DNA of 44,261 bases from a virus. Its lineage: Duplodnaviria; Caudoviricetes. The notes under the pieces were generated by a model. It did not search any database. It was not told where the DNA came from and saw only the letters and a program-made list of their open reading frames with translations. This document shows positions 1 to 10,640 of this stretch, one piece after another. The stretch's first letter is position 1; each line of letters opens with the position of its first letter. The stretch is taken from positions 1-44,261 of the IMG/VR virus record IMGVR_UViG_3300019459_000014, one strand, 5' to 3'. The position numbers were made by a program, and so were the translations under genes.

Positions 1-2
1 CT

Positions 3-3000
3 GCAATTGGTGCCGCGGTTGGAGCGTTGGGGGGATTAGTATCAAGCCTAAACGAGTCTAACAAAGCTATAGAAGACGAAGCTCGAGCAAGGCGACAAGC
101 AACGTCTGGCAAATTTGATCAAAGCATAAGAGGTTTTATCGAATCTGGCTTAAGTGATATTGCTTTGAAACCAGCAACAGAAGTGGGGGGGCGATATTTT
201 TCAGGATATAGCCCTAAGCCAGGAGAAGCATTCTCGGATATGATGTTTAAATTTTCTGCACCAGAGGAAGTTCTAAAAAAAATCAAAGAAGGGAAAAGTT
301 ATACAGCTGAAGAATCATATAGGGATTTACCTTCTGTCCAACAGCATTTAAAAACCGTAAGAACTCAGGCTGTTAAATCATTAATGGTTGAAGAAGGGAC
401 TTCTAACATACAAAAACAACGACAAGCATTAAGCTCGAAAATGTTTTCAATTCTTTCTGATCGAATGTCTGGAAGCTTATCTGAACAAGATTATGAAGGT
501 ATAAAGGCGGGAATAAGTAAAAGAATACAGGACCTGAATCAACAAGAAGAAGACATAATTTATAAAGTAGGTGGTGCTGATGTAAAAACTTTGCGAGACT
601 TTCAAGAAAAAAACCCAGAGGCTGTCGGCGCAAAAACTATGGAATTTCTAGGAAGGACTCGATCTCAAAAAGAAATACTATCTAAAGCCTTTAGAGGTTC
701 TGAAGATAAAATGTTTTCAGGAGGTAAGATATTTAAAGAATTATTTGGAGAAGAGCAGGTTAGTGGCAAAACTATTCTTTCAGGATTACAAAGCAAAACA
801 CCCCAAGAAATAGAGCTGCTTTTTTCAGAAATAGCTAACCGATTGCAGGATCAAGAAATGCTCAGAAAGCAAGAAAACGACGCAATAATTCTTCGCTTAA
901 ATAAAGAAAAAGTTTTACTTTCCGCTCAAGACAAATTTAATAAAGATATGCGTGTTTCAAGTAATCTGCTTGCGGAAATGAATAATCAATATGATTTCGA
1001 GCTTAGAACGAGGGGACATCTGATGACAGAGACGGAAAAAGCTCAAAACGCATACAATAAAGCTATTAATACTGCTGCGGCTGCTAGATATGATTCTGAA
1101 AGAAAAGCTGAATTTGGGCAAACAAAAAAATTAATTACAACATTGCAAGGTAGTGACTTTGAGCAAGAGTTTAAAAAGGAACTTGCCGCTCAAGGTTTGT
1201 CCGAGCAAGGATTTGCAGATCTCAGTGTAGAAGATCAAAAAGAAATTGCTATAGAGGTTGGAAAGCAATCTGGTTATCTTCAAAAAATAAATGCATTTCT
1301 AAGAAATTCGTCACAAGAACTTTCTTCTTTAAAAGAAGATTACGCTGATATAGAACAAAAAGCAAAAAACCGAGCAAAAACAGAAAAACAAATAACTGAT
1401 GAATTGATCCGTCAAAGAACTGGCCCCAAAGCATTTCAATATGGATTCGCCGCAGAACAAGAAAAAATGAGGCGAAGTGCAGATGAATTAGATCATCAAC
1501 TTGGCACTATTGTTGCTACAAATTTTAGAGATGGGTTGGTTTCTGGCATGCAAGCTGCAATCAATCAAGCCGAGGATCTTGATGATGTGCTGAATAATGT
1601 TGCCATGAATTTCTTGCAAGCGATACAAGGGGCATACTTAACAAATATAGCAAACCAAATTGTCGGCAATATTCCAATGCCTGGCGCTAAATATCGTGGC
1701 GGAGCTATACGTAATTATAGTCGCGGTGGCGGCGTACCAGCTATGGTAACCGATGGCGAATATGTGATGGGTCGCGATGCAGTAAACAAATACGGTGGAG
1801 CATTCATGCATAGCTTGAATGCAGGAGGAACTATTCCTGGACTTTCAAATGGAGGCAGAAGTGTTGGGGACTTTTTTAAAAATCCTCCATCTCAAGGTCT
1901 ATCAGAAATTTTTGGAAAACCAATTCAGGGTCAAAAATATAGTACAGATATAAAAGGAGCTATAAATTCATCAAGATCTTCCCGTAGGGTATTTGGTTCA
2001 GAGATAGGAGTTGGCCGGAGTAATTTTTTAGGGCAGGCGCCAAGTAGAGATGTTTTTGATGCAATTAATCCTGCTGGAGGCGGATTCATGAGTAAAATTC
2101 TTGAGATGTTATTCTCGCCTTTTAAGTCTTTAGGTTCATTTTTTAAAATACCAGGATTTAATGACGGGGGCGAGGTTGGTTCTGCATTGGCTGCAAATTT
2201 CGGAGGAGCTAGAGTGTATGAGTCCGGAAGAAAATATCAATCAAAACCCATGTCTTCAATGTTTTATGCCGGACAAACTCAAACCCTAGGTTTGCAAGAG
2301 GACTCTAGAGAAATACAGGAAATAATGTCTGAAGAAAGCAGAAAAAGGCAAGAAGCTCTTCAGGAAAGAATGAAGAAAAAAGCAAAAAAAAGAGCTTTAA
2401 TAAATCAATTGATTGGTACGGCTGTAAGTATGGGTGTTAGTCAAATGATGAATAGTATTGATTTTGGGGGTGATCGAGAGCTTTTGGGGGGAGGTTTTGA
2501 TGAAGGATCTGTTGGTGATTATTTGCAGTCCTCAGGCATGACTCAAATGGACTATATACATGGCGCTGATTTAGCATCTGGAACAAAGGCACTCGTTTAT
2601 AGAGGAGGAAAAATCAACAAATACGCAAGCGGCGGCCACATCTCAGGCAAGTCTGGAATCGACCAAATTCCCGCAATGTTGAGCGAAGGAGAATATGTAA
2701 TTCGCGCAAGCAGTGCTCGTCAAATAGGAAAGCCAATGCTGGATCGTATAAACGCAGGAAAATTTAATGATGGAGGAGCTGTAACTCAAATAGATTCGTC
2801 TGATAAATCTTCTACAACTGGCGGCAATACTAATAACATAAGTATTTCAATTAACATGGACAAGGGGTCTAACTCTAAAGAAGATAAAGATCAACGCTCC
2901 TCAGGAGAAAATCCGGCGGATCGATCCAATGATGAACAAAAAAATGCAGATCTAGCAGAAAGAATCAAGCAGCAGGTTGTTGCTGTTATTGTTGAGGAGC

Positions 3001-3029
3001 AACGGGCCGGAGGACTTTTGAGTGATTAA
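3..3029 (+). CDS. Phage tail tape measure protein, C-terminal part (5'-truncated by window)
   Basis: Frame is open from position 3 (AIGAAVGALGG...). Long helical E/K/Q/A-rich body. Two copies of the TMP C-terminal motif GG..PAM(V/L)(T/S)(D/E)GEYV..G..NAG. Ends in V..VI.EEQR.GGLL. Lies directly upstream of tail-tip genes. Confidence 0.88.
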   Translation, partial: AIGAAVGALGGLVSSLNESNKAIEDEARARRQATSGKFDQSIRGFIESGLSDIALKPATEVGGRYFSGYSPKPGEAFSDMMFKFSAPEEVLKKIKEGKSYTAEESYRDLPSVQQHLKTVRTQAVKSLMVEEGTSNIQKQRQALSSKMFSILSDRMSGSLSEQDYEGIKAGISKRIQDLNQQEEDIIYKVGGADVKTLRDFQEKNPEAVGAKTMEFLGRTRSQKEILSKAFRGSEDKMFSGGKIFKELFGEEQVSGKTILSGLQSKTPQEIELLFSEIANRLQDQEMLRKQENDAIILRLNKEKVLLSAQDKFNKDMRVSSNLLAEMNNQYDFELRTRGHLMTETEKAQNAYNKAINTAAAARYDSERKAEFGQTKKLITTLQGSDFEQEFKKELAAQGLSEQGFADLSVEDQKEIAIEVGKQSGYLQKINAFLRNSSQELSSLKEDYADIEQKAKNRAKTEKQITDELIRQRTGPKAFQYGFAAEQEKMRRSADELDHQLGTIVATNFRDGLVSGMQAAINQAEDLDDVLNNVAMNFLQAIQGAYLTNIANQIVGNIPMPGAKYRGGAIRNYSRGGGVPAMVTDGEYVMGRDAVNKYGGAFMHSLNAGGTIPGLSNGGRSVGDFFKNPPSQGLSEIFGKPIQGQKYSTDIKGAINSSRSSRRVFGSEIGVGRSNFLGQAPSRDVFDAINPAGGGFMSKILEMLFSPFKSLGSFFKIPGFNDGGEVGSALAANFGGARVYESGRKYQSKPMSSMFYAGQTQTLGLQEDSREIQEIMSEESRKRQEALQERMKKKAKKRALINQLIGTAVSMGVSQMMNSIDFGGDRELLGGGFDEGSVGDYLQSSGMTQMDYIHGADLASGTKALVYRGGKINKYASGGHISGKSGIDQIPAMLSEGEYVIRASSARQIGKPMLDRINAGKFNDGGAVTQIDSSDKSSTTGGNTNNISISINMDKGSNSKEDKDQRSSGENPADRSNDEQKNADLAERIKQQVVAVIVEEQRAGGLLSD

Positions 3030-3031
3030 TC

Positions 3032-4153
3032 ATGAGTTACTCTAATTATGAGCAAACCGTTATTATAAATGGTCATAAATTGAATGGCGTTCAAGATGTT
3101 GATGGAAGTTATGGAATCAGCGAAAAACCTGTTAATGTAGCTGGCGTTGGCTTTATCGACGCTCTTCCCAATAGCCCTCTTGAGGGAAATTTCTCCATCT
3201 CAAGAAAGATGGTTGGAAAAGATCCATTTTTGAATACAAATTCTGTGGGAAAATATGATTTCGATGAACAGGAAATTAGCGGAGCGATTTTGTACGACAG
3301 TAATACGAAAGGGTTTGGGTTTACTAAAGCAAGGGTTTCTAGATATTCAGTGAATTGTGCTGCAGGATCAATCCCTGATACACAAGTAGATATTAAAGTA
3401 TATGGTAATCTTGGTAGTAATGTTTTGAAAGTTGATCCTTATGCTGTTAATACTTCTAGTGAATATTATCCTTTTGATGGAGATTATGTATATTATACAA
3501 ATGTTCAAGGGCAAGTGCTTGATCAAGAGGGTTCAGCAAATTTGAAAGATCAATGGAATACCGCTTCGTTGAAGTTATCGGATTTTACATACAATAGTTT
3601 GAACGCAAGAACTAGAACCATTGATGATGGAGATGTATTGGCATTGGGCAAGGATGCATTTATTATGAATGGATACGCGAACTTGATAACCGAGCAAGAA
3701 CCAGAAGTACAATACCCAGATCAATCAAGCATCAAGATAAAGGTAAGTGATTTTGATATTGATGCCGTTAGTGATTTTAGTTTTTCTAGAACAGTAAATT
3801 TACAACCTGTATATGCAATACCAAAAGGTCAAGGTGATGAATTGATCGCGCAAAATTTAGATCCAGTTCAGGTTGACACACAATATCCAATAGAAACTGA
3901 TATTAATTTTACGATTATTGCTGATCAATATGAAATTCGAGAGATAAAAGATCGATTGCAATCTGCGCCAAGAAGTTCTGTTGAAATAGAAATATTGGAT
4001 GCTCAAGATCAAAACAATATAATAAATAGCTTTACGGGCTACAATGTGAGATTAATAAGTGAAAGCATCAATGGCTCTATCAATGAAGAAATGAGCGTAT
4101 CTTTGACCTTCAAGGGTTATGAGTCATTGCATAATCAATTTTATATATCATGA
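3032..4153 (+). CDS. Putative tail structural protein, probably tandem tail-tube-like fold
   Basis: Located between TMP and gpM. Two beta-rich halves with similar patterns (GVQDVDGSYGISEKPV..ARVSRYSVNC..VDIKVYG; AVSDFSFSRTVNLQPV..VRLISESING..VSLTFKGY). Fold is inferred. Confidence 0.5.
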   Translation: MSYSNYEQTVIINGHKLNGVQDVDGSYGISEKPVNVAGVGFIDALPNSPLEGNFSISRKMVGKDPFLNTNSVGKYDFDEQEISGAILYDSNTKGFGFTKARVSRYSVNCAAGSIPDTQVDIKVYGNLGSNVLKVDPYAVNTSSEYYPFDGDYVYYTNVQGQVLDQEGSANLKDQWNTASLKLSDFTYNSLNARTRTIDDGDVLALGKDAFIMNGYANLITEQEPEVQYPDQSSIKIKVSDFDIDAVSDFSFSRTVNLQPVYAIPKGQGDELIAQNLDPVQVDTQYPIETDINFTIIADQYEIREIKDRLQSAPRSSVEIEILDAQDQNNIINSFTGYNVRLISESINGSINEEMSVSLTFKGYESLHNQFYIS

Positions 4154-5067
4154 GTTCTCCTTTTTTAAGATTCGAAAATGGAAAAATTTCTTTAGACAAT
4201 AAAGATCTGATGGTCAAGTCTGCTAATTTATCTATAGCTCCATCACTAAATGTAGAAAGAGTTTATGGAGATTATGACCCTTCAATTTCTGGCGCCAAAA
4301 CAGAATTTGTTAATTTCTCTCCAATTCAAAATCTAAAGGGCAAGTTGGAAATCAGTTTTTACATATCAGCAGAAACATTCGCGAAAAATGGAACTCCTAA
4401 TAATATAGATAGATTGTTCGATATCAAAAAAGGTATGAGCGAAAATCCCATCAATACAAATCAAGTGGGAAGATATTTTTTTGACAACATGTATTTGAAT
4501 TCCTTTAATTTTAGATTATCTCCATTTCAATTGATTGAAGCAAGTGCGAGTTATGATATATATGGAACAATAAGAAAAGAAACAAATTACTTTTTCAGAA
4601 AAACAGAAGTTGATTTTGCGCATTCATTGAAATCGTTTGGGGAAATGAAAGCTAGCGGTTCATCCGCCGATAATGCTATTGATTCTCAATTTGAAATATC
4701 CTCCTTGGCTTATTCAGTAGTGGTAAACAGAAAAATACATAATAATATTCGAGCATCCGAGCACACCTCTGTTAATACTCGAGCCGAAGGCGTATTGCCT
4801 GTTCGAGTTTCGGTGGAAACTATTGAGTCTGAGATGACCATCGAGGCGAATGATATGATACCCAATCTTAATAGTTATGGGGATCAACAAAATTCTTTTT
4901 CTCCTGAAGGAATTCAAGATTCTGAAATATTTGCTAATTTGTATTCTGTTCAAGGAGTAAAACTTGCAACCTTTTCAACCAAAGGCAAAATACAATCTCA
5001 ATCTATGTCGATATCTGAAAATTCTTACGCAAAGAGTAATATAAGTATCAAACAAATAATAAAATAA
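4150..5067 (+). CDS. Putative tail structural protein (tube-like fold)
   Basis: ATGA overlap with the upstream gene. Similar two-half beta pattern (MYLNSFNFRLSPFQLIEASASYDIYG; GKIQSQSMSISENSYAKSNISIK). Tail operon context. Confidence 0.45.
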   Translation: MSSPFLRFENGKISLDNKDLMVKSANLSIAPSLNVERVYGDYDPSISGAKTEFVNFSPIQNLKGKLEISFYISAETFAKNGTPNNIDRLFDIKKGMSENPINTNQVGRYFFDNMYLNSFNFRLSPFQLIEASASYDIYGTIRKETNYFFRKTEVDFAHSLKSFGEMKASGSSADNAIDSQFEISSLAYSVVVNRKIHNNIRASEHTSVNTRAEGVLPVRVSVETIESEMTIEANDMIPNLNSYGDQQNSFSPEGIQDSEIFANLYSVQGVKLATFSTKGKIQSQSMSISENSYAKSNISIKQIIK

Positions 5068-8000
5068 TGAGCCAGCAGAAAATATATCTATCGCAAGAAC
5101 CTACTCATATTTCTAATTATCAGGGTATATTTCAAACTGGAGAAAATTATCAGAAATTTGATTTTGTTTACAACACAGGGGATGGCAGGTTTTATTATGC
5201 TCGAGATGATGTAAATAATAGCCAGTCGGTTATTTCTGGGGAATATCGATTTACACTAGATGATGTGGGGCCAAGTAATGGTGGAATTGAAACATATTAT
5301 ATATACGACGAATGGAACAACTCTGACGAATTGCAAGAAGGGCAAAGGATAAGTCTTCAAGGCTCGACAGTTGGTTCAGACGGATTATATAAAATATTGT
5401 CTATAGAAAAAGATTTTGAGGAAATCAATCACTCTAGCCAAGCTTATGATTTTAATCAAGTTTTTGACGCAAATCATATTACATTAAGTTGGTATCAATC
5501 TAGTTGGTTTTTTCGGCCAAATCTTGGAGAGGATTCTATTCTTGATTACTCAGCTTTTAGTAGAGATGGTGATTCATCGTGGATTTATAATACTTTGTTT
5601 GGTTTTATTTTTGTAAGCTTGATAGAAGATGGAGAGCAAAATTTTTGGTTTCATTCTGATTTAGCGCAAGGTTTGTGGTTTTATGCAGATAAGGCAGTAC
5701 TTGGTAATTTGAATGATCAAAGAAACAGCTTTCTATATTTAGAAAATAGATCAAGTTCGCCAAGCAAGGCTGGTTCAAATTCATGGCTTCATTGGAGGAA
5801 TGACCCTCAAGGTAATTATAAGGCTTTGTTTTATAATTATACTGATCTTCAGTGGTTTGGATTTAATTCATTTAATGAAATTCAAAAAATTGATGCTCCA
5901 GATTTATCGATAATAAATGCTCCTGAAGAAAGTGTTGCTTCTTTGAATAATAATGGAAAGAATACAAGAATAAGAATTCAGCCAGTAAATGAATCTTATC
6001 AAATAAACTCTTATGAAACCAGGTCAAGTAATAATATTATTTTATCTGGAATTCTTGTTGATCCTTCTGATGATTCTGATTTGTGGTCAAAAGATAGATT
6101 CTTTTTTGATTCTGACTATGGAGCAATTGTAAATTATAAAGCTAATAACTATAAATATCAATACGGAAATGGTTATTATGTTGTTCACCCAAAGAATATT
6201 AATAGTTTAACGTTTGAAGCGAATCTAAAATTTAAAAATAGAACAAATCGAGAAGCAAATGCGATTATACATTTTTTAGAAAATCATCAAGGACAAGATG
6301 CAAAAGATAAGCCTCTTTCTTATTTAAAATATAGTCAAGGTATTTCTGGTTTCAATTGGGACGGAGCTTCTTCTTTTCATCCATATGATTCTCTTGACAT
6401 TCAAACCAAGAAATTTTATTGTCAAGATTTTTCTCACTCGCTTAATTTCGAAGATAGCAATGATGTTTTGGTAAAATTAAGGAACTTGGATACATCTATA
6501 TTGCAAAAAAATGATTCTCTTTTTGTTGCTAGTGCCCCCACTTACTCTGAAGATGATTATTACGAAAAAAACGATGTAGTTTTTTATACTGGAAATAATC
6601 AATATTATTATTTTCATAGCGGAGAGGGTCAAGCTCAGGGATTGCCTCCTGTTGAAATGCATCAAGAATGGACTAGAGAATTAGGCAATTTCTCACATAT
6701 AAATACAGGGCAATGGACTAGAGATTTTATGTGGAAACCATCTTTGGGATTAACTGTATCTCAGAATCCCAGACTGCAAGAGATTTCCCTTGGGGCGGGT
6801 TATACTCAGATTTATCAAGACGGAATCAATGAAAGTTTATTGACTTTAGAGGTTCAGTTTAATAATAGAGATGATAGTGAGGCTTATGCTATACTGCATT
6901 TTCTTGAGCAGCATTACGGATGTATACCTTTTATGTTTTCTGCTCCAGCTCCATATGAAGCTCCTCACAATTTTGTGTGTCAAGAATGGCAGCATATATA
7001 TAATTACAAAAATAATCATAGCATAAGGGCTAGATTCGAGCAGTATGCTATTGATTTAAATAGCGATAAAATTATAGACAATGAAACTCCAGCTTCTCAA
7101 GCTCGCGCGGAAATTATAGTCAATAAAACAATAAACTTCTCAAGCAGAGACGACGAAGAACTAATTGAATCCTTGGGTGAAAAGGGGTACATAAGGAAGC
7201 AGGTAAATCTTAAGAATATTGGTGATTTAAGTGCAGAAATCAATCTAATATCTACCGATTCACTTAACGATGAATATCATATTCTTGGGCAAAATGATTT
7301 TGGGTCGAATTATTGTCCACAAGGTTTTTCTAGAGAAGATTCTATGACTGATAGTCAAATATCTGATATATATTTATCTATCATGGGCGAGGCGATGCTG
7401 GATTCATATTATATCGACAAGTCTAATGAACAGCAATGGAGGGTTGCTGATTTAGTGATCGCGATTTTAAATAGTCAAGATTTCTTATTAAAGAGTCCAA
7501 CGAGTAAAGATATACAAATTATTTATCAAGACTTGATCGGGGAAACACCAACTCAATCAATTATAAATTCTCTTTTAAATGAATCCAGTTTAAATGAAGT
7601 AAGGCTAACAATCGAGTCTTCTGATGTTAGGGCTAATTTTTTAAGAAATAATCCGAAGGTAATCACTCAAAAAATAACAGGAACTGACAGAAAAATATGC
7701 ATTCCTGATAATAAATTATCTGACATAGGATTGAATGGAATGCAGATTCAATTGAAGAAAAGAACTTTAAACGGCAGAGGATTTAAAGTTATATCTACAA
7801 ATGAAAATTATTTTCAAAATAATCAAGGTATAATTATTCAAGAATCTAGTGGTCGATCTTTAGAATCTATTGATTTATATTTTGTCGATCAAAGAGTATT
7901 TGAGCTTTATTCTACTAACATTATAAGAGGAGGGGAAGAGGGATATATTGATTTATATTTTCAGATTAAAGCTCAAGCAGATAGTTTTTTAACTGACTCT

Positions 8001-10640
8001 GCGGGTAATGAAATATCTTGGACAGATTCTTTTGGACGAGAAAAGGGTTATATAAAAATAGGTCGGGGAATAAATTCTGTAGAAGGTAATTTATATATAG
8101 AATCCCAAGGCGATTCATTGGTATCAAGCCTTAATGCTTGGGTGAAATTTAATGACGAAACTATACAAGAAGAAGAAGAGATTTCTCCATGGTCTTACGA
8201 GAACGTTATAAATGCTCCATTTTTATTTTTGAACACACCTGGTTTTTATATCAATAATACAGAATTGCAACCTTCTGAGAATCGGGCTAGAGCAGTTATA
8301 GGATTTGAAATTGGACAACAAGATTTCAAAAAACTTGTTGGTTTGTGGGTTCCGTATGAAATTAAAGCTTATTCCGAGAATGGAGATTATGAATCTTACG
8401 TCGACTCTCAAGAAGGAGTTCTTGAGCTTTACGAAAATTATGTTGCTTCTGCAGGAGCATATCCTAAACCTAAGAAATTGTGGGGGTTAAATTATTGGTT
8501 TGAAAACGGAAAAGATCAAGGGCATACCCTTCCTCTGAGCGATGATAAATCTTCTATTGTTTTACCGAGAGGTTCATCTTATTACAATTCTTTAGATGAT
8601 GATAGCGTAATTTTTCAAACTTCTTCGCATTATTATGATTCAATAGAAAAAGATTTTTCAAGCAAGCCTTTAAAGTTTAACACTCAAAATATATCCTCTG
8701 CAAATACCGAAGATCATACATTGATAGAAGTTAGAGAAATACCTCAAGCTGAACTTCCTAATGGTTATACTAAGGGTTACGCACAGAGAGGTTTAACTAA
8801 AATTACATCTAGAGTTCTAAATTCTTCTTTTATAGAATCATTTATTGATAGTGATTCTCAATTCTTGTTTGCGGAAATATTATGTTGGCTTGATAATTCA
8901 GTAGAAAGTTGCGGTAATATTGAGTTTTCTGTTTTAAATTCTATATCAGAATATGGTATAGTAAAAGCCAGTAATAATAGATATAATGTTGTAAAAAAAG
9001 CTTACGCTGTGTCTGGTCAGATATACGATATGGTTGAAAATTCATCTATAGGCTTTGATAAAATTATCCTTCTGGGTCAAGGAGGTTATCATTTAGAGTC
9101 ATTTAGTAGAAATTTATGGGATAAACGTGAAATATTTATCGAACAATCAGTCTTCGATGAAGCTATGAATCCGCTAAGTTTAGAAGAGATAGAGCAAGTT
9201 GATTACAGAATTACTATAGGATCTGATGTTTTAGCTTATACAATTAGGGATGAAAATGTATTGTATATAACTAAAGGAATAATAGAATTAACGGAGATAG
9301 ATGTATCTACAGGTTGGACTTTATCTAATGCTGAATATGAATGGAATAAAATTATTAATCCTACATTTGGCGAAAGTAAGGTAAAGAAAATGGTTTATGA
9401 AAATCAATCGTGTTTAAAGGCTTGGGCGCATGTTCTTGATCGTACAAGTTTTAATATCGTATCTGACATATATAAAAGCACATACCCAGAATTAAATTCC
9501 GAGTATTATTCACTTCAAAAATCTTCGCTACCTCAAATACTAAATAAAGGATTAGAGGTTGATATTGATTTTAAAACAGAACTTAGTGAAGATCATAAAA
9601 AGGAAATACAAGATGCGGTTTCAACTTTAGAGTCTATTGTTCAAGATGAATTTTCCATAAATCTTACAGTTCTAGAAGATCACCATGGTCGTCTAGGCTC
9701 TAGTATTGAGAGTCAGAATGTAGTTAAGATTACCCATACAGAAAAAGAATTTTTAAATAAAGGTCTTGCTCATTTAGATAGATCTAATTTTGTAAAATTA
9801 TATGTTGGTGGATTTGAGTCTTATGTTATTCCTGATGATAATTATTTTGCGAGAAGAATTTCTGCTGTAATGACTATTGACCCAGAAAAAATAAATAATG
9901 CGGAATATAATCAAATTGTTAATGTTAATTATGATGCTTCACAACATACTCCTGTTTATTATACTGTATTGCATGAATTGATAAATATGCTAGGTGTAGG
10001 TTTTCTTTGGTCTCAAAATAGAACTTGGTGGAAAGATGATGCGAATGTTGATGCAGCTTATAATTTATCAGAAAATAATTCTTCAGTTTATCAATATATT
10101 GGTGATAATGCGGTGCTGAAGTATCAAGAATTACTTCAATCTTATAGTCAAGAGGGGATTGTTTTTGATGTCAATGATTACGAGAGATATGTTGATGAAA
10201 ATCCAACTGTTTTGGATGCTTATAATGCTTACCTGGCTGAAGAATCAGAAGAAGAAAAGCAGTCTAAAATAGAGTGGGGGTTAAATCACTGGAATGCCGA
10301 GGGAAGCTCTAATACAGAACTTAATATGCCTACTAATAGTCCACTTTCTGATTTTTATAAAGATAAAATTCCTCTGACTGATTCTGGTTTATATTTAAGG
10401 TCCGAGGTTCGCAATGTATCTAACGAAGGAGTTGATAAAATACAACCAACATTTCCTGGGGAAATAGGTACTGATTTTGGTTTGATAGCTAGGGCTCCAG
10501 CAGTTCCTATAATTAATCAAGGTGCAGCTCTTTCTGAAATATCTATTGGAATGCTAAAAGATTTAGGTTATAATGTTAGTTATGGACCTGCTAGACCAAG
10601 TGACGATCAATATCTCCGGCCTAGTATTAATTTAAAATGA
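5067..10640 (+). CDS. Giant minor tail protein: two lambda gpM (distal tail)-like domains, accessory inserts and a C-terminal leishmanolysin-like domain
   Basis: gpM-like motifs YGNGYY..KNINSL..LKFKNRT..EANAIIHFLENHQG and LGAGYTQ..DGINESL..FNNR..EAYAILHFLEQHYG..FMF..FVCQEW..IRARFEQ. Directly precedes gpL. C-terminus has LHELINMLGVG..YIGDNAV..LSEISIGMLKDLGYNV. Confidence 0.8.
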   Translation: MSQQKIYLSQEPTHISNYQGIFQTGENYQKFDFVYNTGDGRFYYARDDVNNSQSVISGEYRFTLDDVGPSNGGIETYYIYDEWNNSDELQEGQRISLQGSTVGSDGLYKILSIEKDFEEINHSSQAYDFNQVFDANHITLSWYQSSWFFRPNLGEDSILDYSAFSRDGDSSWIYNTLFGFIFVSLIEDGEQNFWFHSDLAQGLWFYADKAVLGNLNDQRNSFLYLENRSSSPSKAGSNSWLHWRNDPQGNYKALFYNYTDLQWFGFNSFNEIQKIDAPDLSIINAPEESVASLNNNGKNTRIRIQPVNESYQINSYETRSSNNIILSGILVDPSDDSDLWSKDRFFFDSDYGAIVNYKANNYKYQYGNGYYVVHPKNINSLTFEANLKFKNRTNREANAIIHFLENHQGQDAKDKPLSYLKYSQGISGFNWDGASSFHPYDSLDIQTKKFYCQDFSHSLNFEDSNDVLVKLRNLDTSILQKNDSLFVASAPTYSEDDYYEKNDVVFYTGNNQYYYFHSGEGQAQGLPPVEMHQEWTRELGNFSHINTGQWTRDFMWKPSLGLTVSQNPRLQEISLGAGYTQIYQDGINESLLTLEVQFNNRDDSEAYAILHFLEQHYGCIPFMFSAPAPYEAPHNFVCQEWQHIYNYKNNHSIRARFEQYAIDLNSDKIIDNETPASQARAEIIVNKTINFSSRDDEELIESLGEKGYIRKQVNLKNIGDLSAEINLISTDSLNDEYHILGQNDFGSNYCPQGFSREDSMTDSQISDIYLSIMGEAMLDSYYIDKSNEQQWRVADLVIAILNSQDFLLKSPTSKDIQIIYQDLIGETPTQSIINSLLNESSLNEVRLTIESSDVRANFLRNNPKVITQKITGTDRKICIPDNKLSDIGLNGMQIQLKKRTLNGRGFKVISTNENYFQNNQGIIIQESSGRSLESIDLYFVDQRVFELYSTNIIRGGEEGYIDLYFQIKAQADSFLTDSAGNEISWTDSFGREKGYIKIGRGINSVEGNLYIESQGDSLVSSLNAWVKFNDETIQEEEEISPWSYENVINAPFLFLNTPGFYINNTELQPSENRARAVIGFEIGQQDFKKLVGLWVPYEIKAYSENGDYESYVDSQEGVLELYENYVASAGAYPKPKKLWGLNYWFENGKDQGHTLPLSDDKSSIVLPRGSSYYNSLDDDSVIFQTSSHYYDSIEKDFSSKPLKFNTQNISSANTEDHTLIEVREIPQAELPNGYTKGYAQRGLTKITSRVLNSSFIESFIDSDSQFLFAEILCWLDNSVESCGNIEFSVLNSISEYGIVKASNNRYNVVKKAYAVSGQIYDMVENSSIGFDKIILLGQGGYHLESFSRNLWDKREIFIEQSVFDEAMNPLSLEEIEQVDYRITIGSDVLAYTIRDENVLYITKGIIELTEIDVSTGWTLSNAEYEWNKIINPTFGESKVKKMVYENQSCLKAWAHVLDRTSFNIVSDIYKSTYPELNSEYYSLQKSSLPQILNKGLEVDIDFKTELSEDHKKEIQDAVSTLESIVQDEFSINLTVLEDHHGRLGSSIESQNVVKITHTEKEFLNKGLAHLDRSNFVKLYVGGFESYVIPDDNYFARRISAVMTIDPEKINNAEYNQIVNVNYDASQHTPVYYTVLHELINMLGVGFLWSQNRTWWKDDANVDAAYNLSENNSSVYQYIGDNAVLKYQELLQSYSQEGIVFDVNDYERYVDENPTVLDAYNAYLAEESEEEKQSKIEWGLNHWNAEGSSNTELNMPTNSPLSDFYKDKIPLTDSGLYLRSEVRNVSNEGVDKIQPTFPGEIGTDFGLIARAPAVPIINQGAALSEISIGMLKDLGYNVSYGPARPSDDQYLRPSINLK

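Noticed and set aside
6667-7961. Short direct repeats (13 bp at 6667/6712; 16 bp at 7868/7946)
   Set aside because: In-frame coding duplications in AT-rich DNA with no sign of function.
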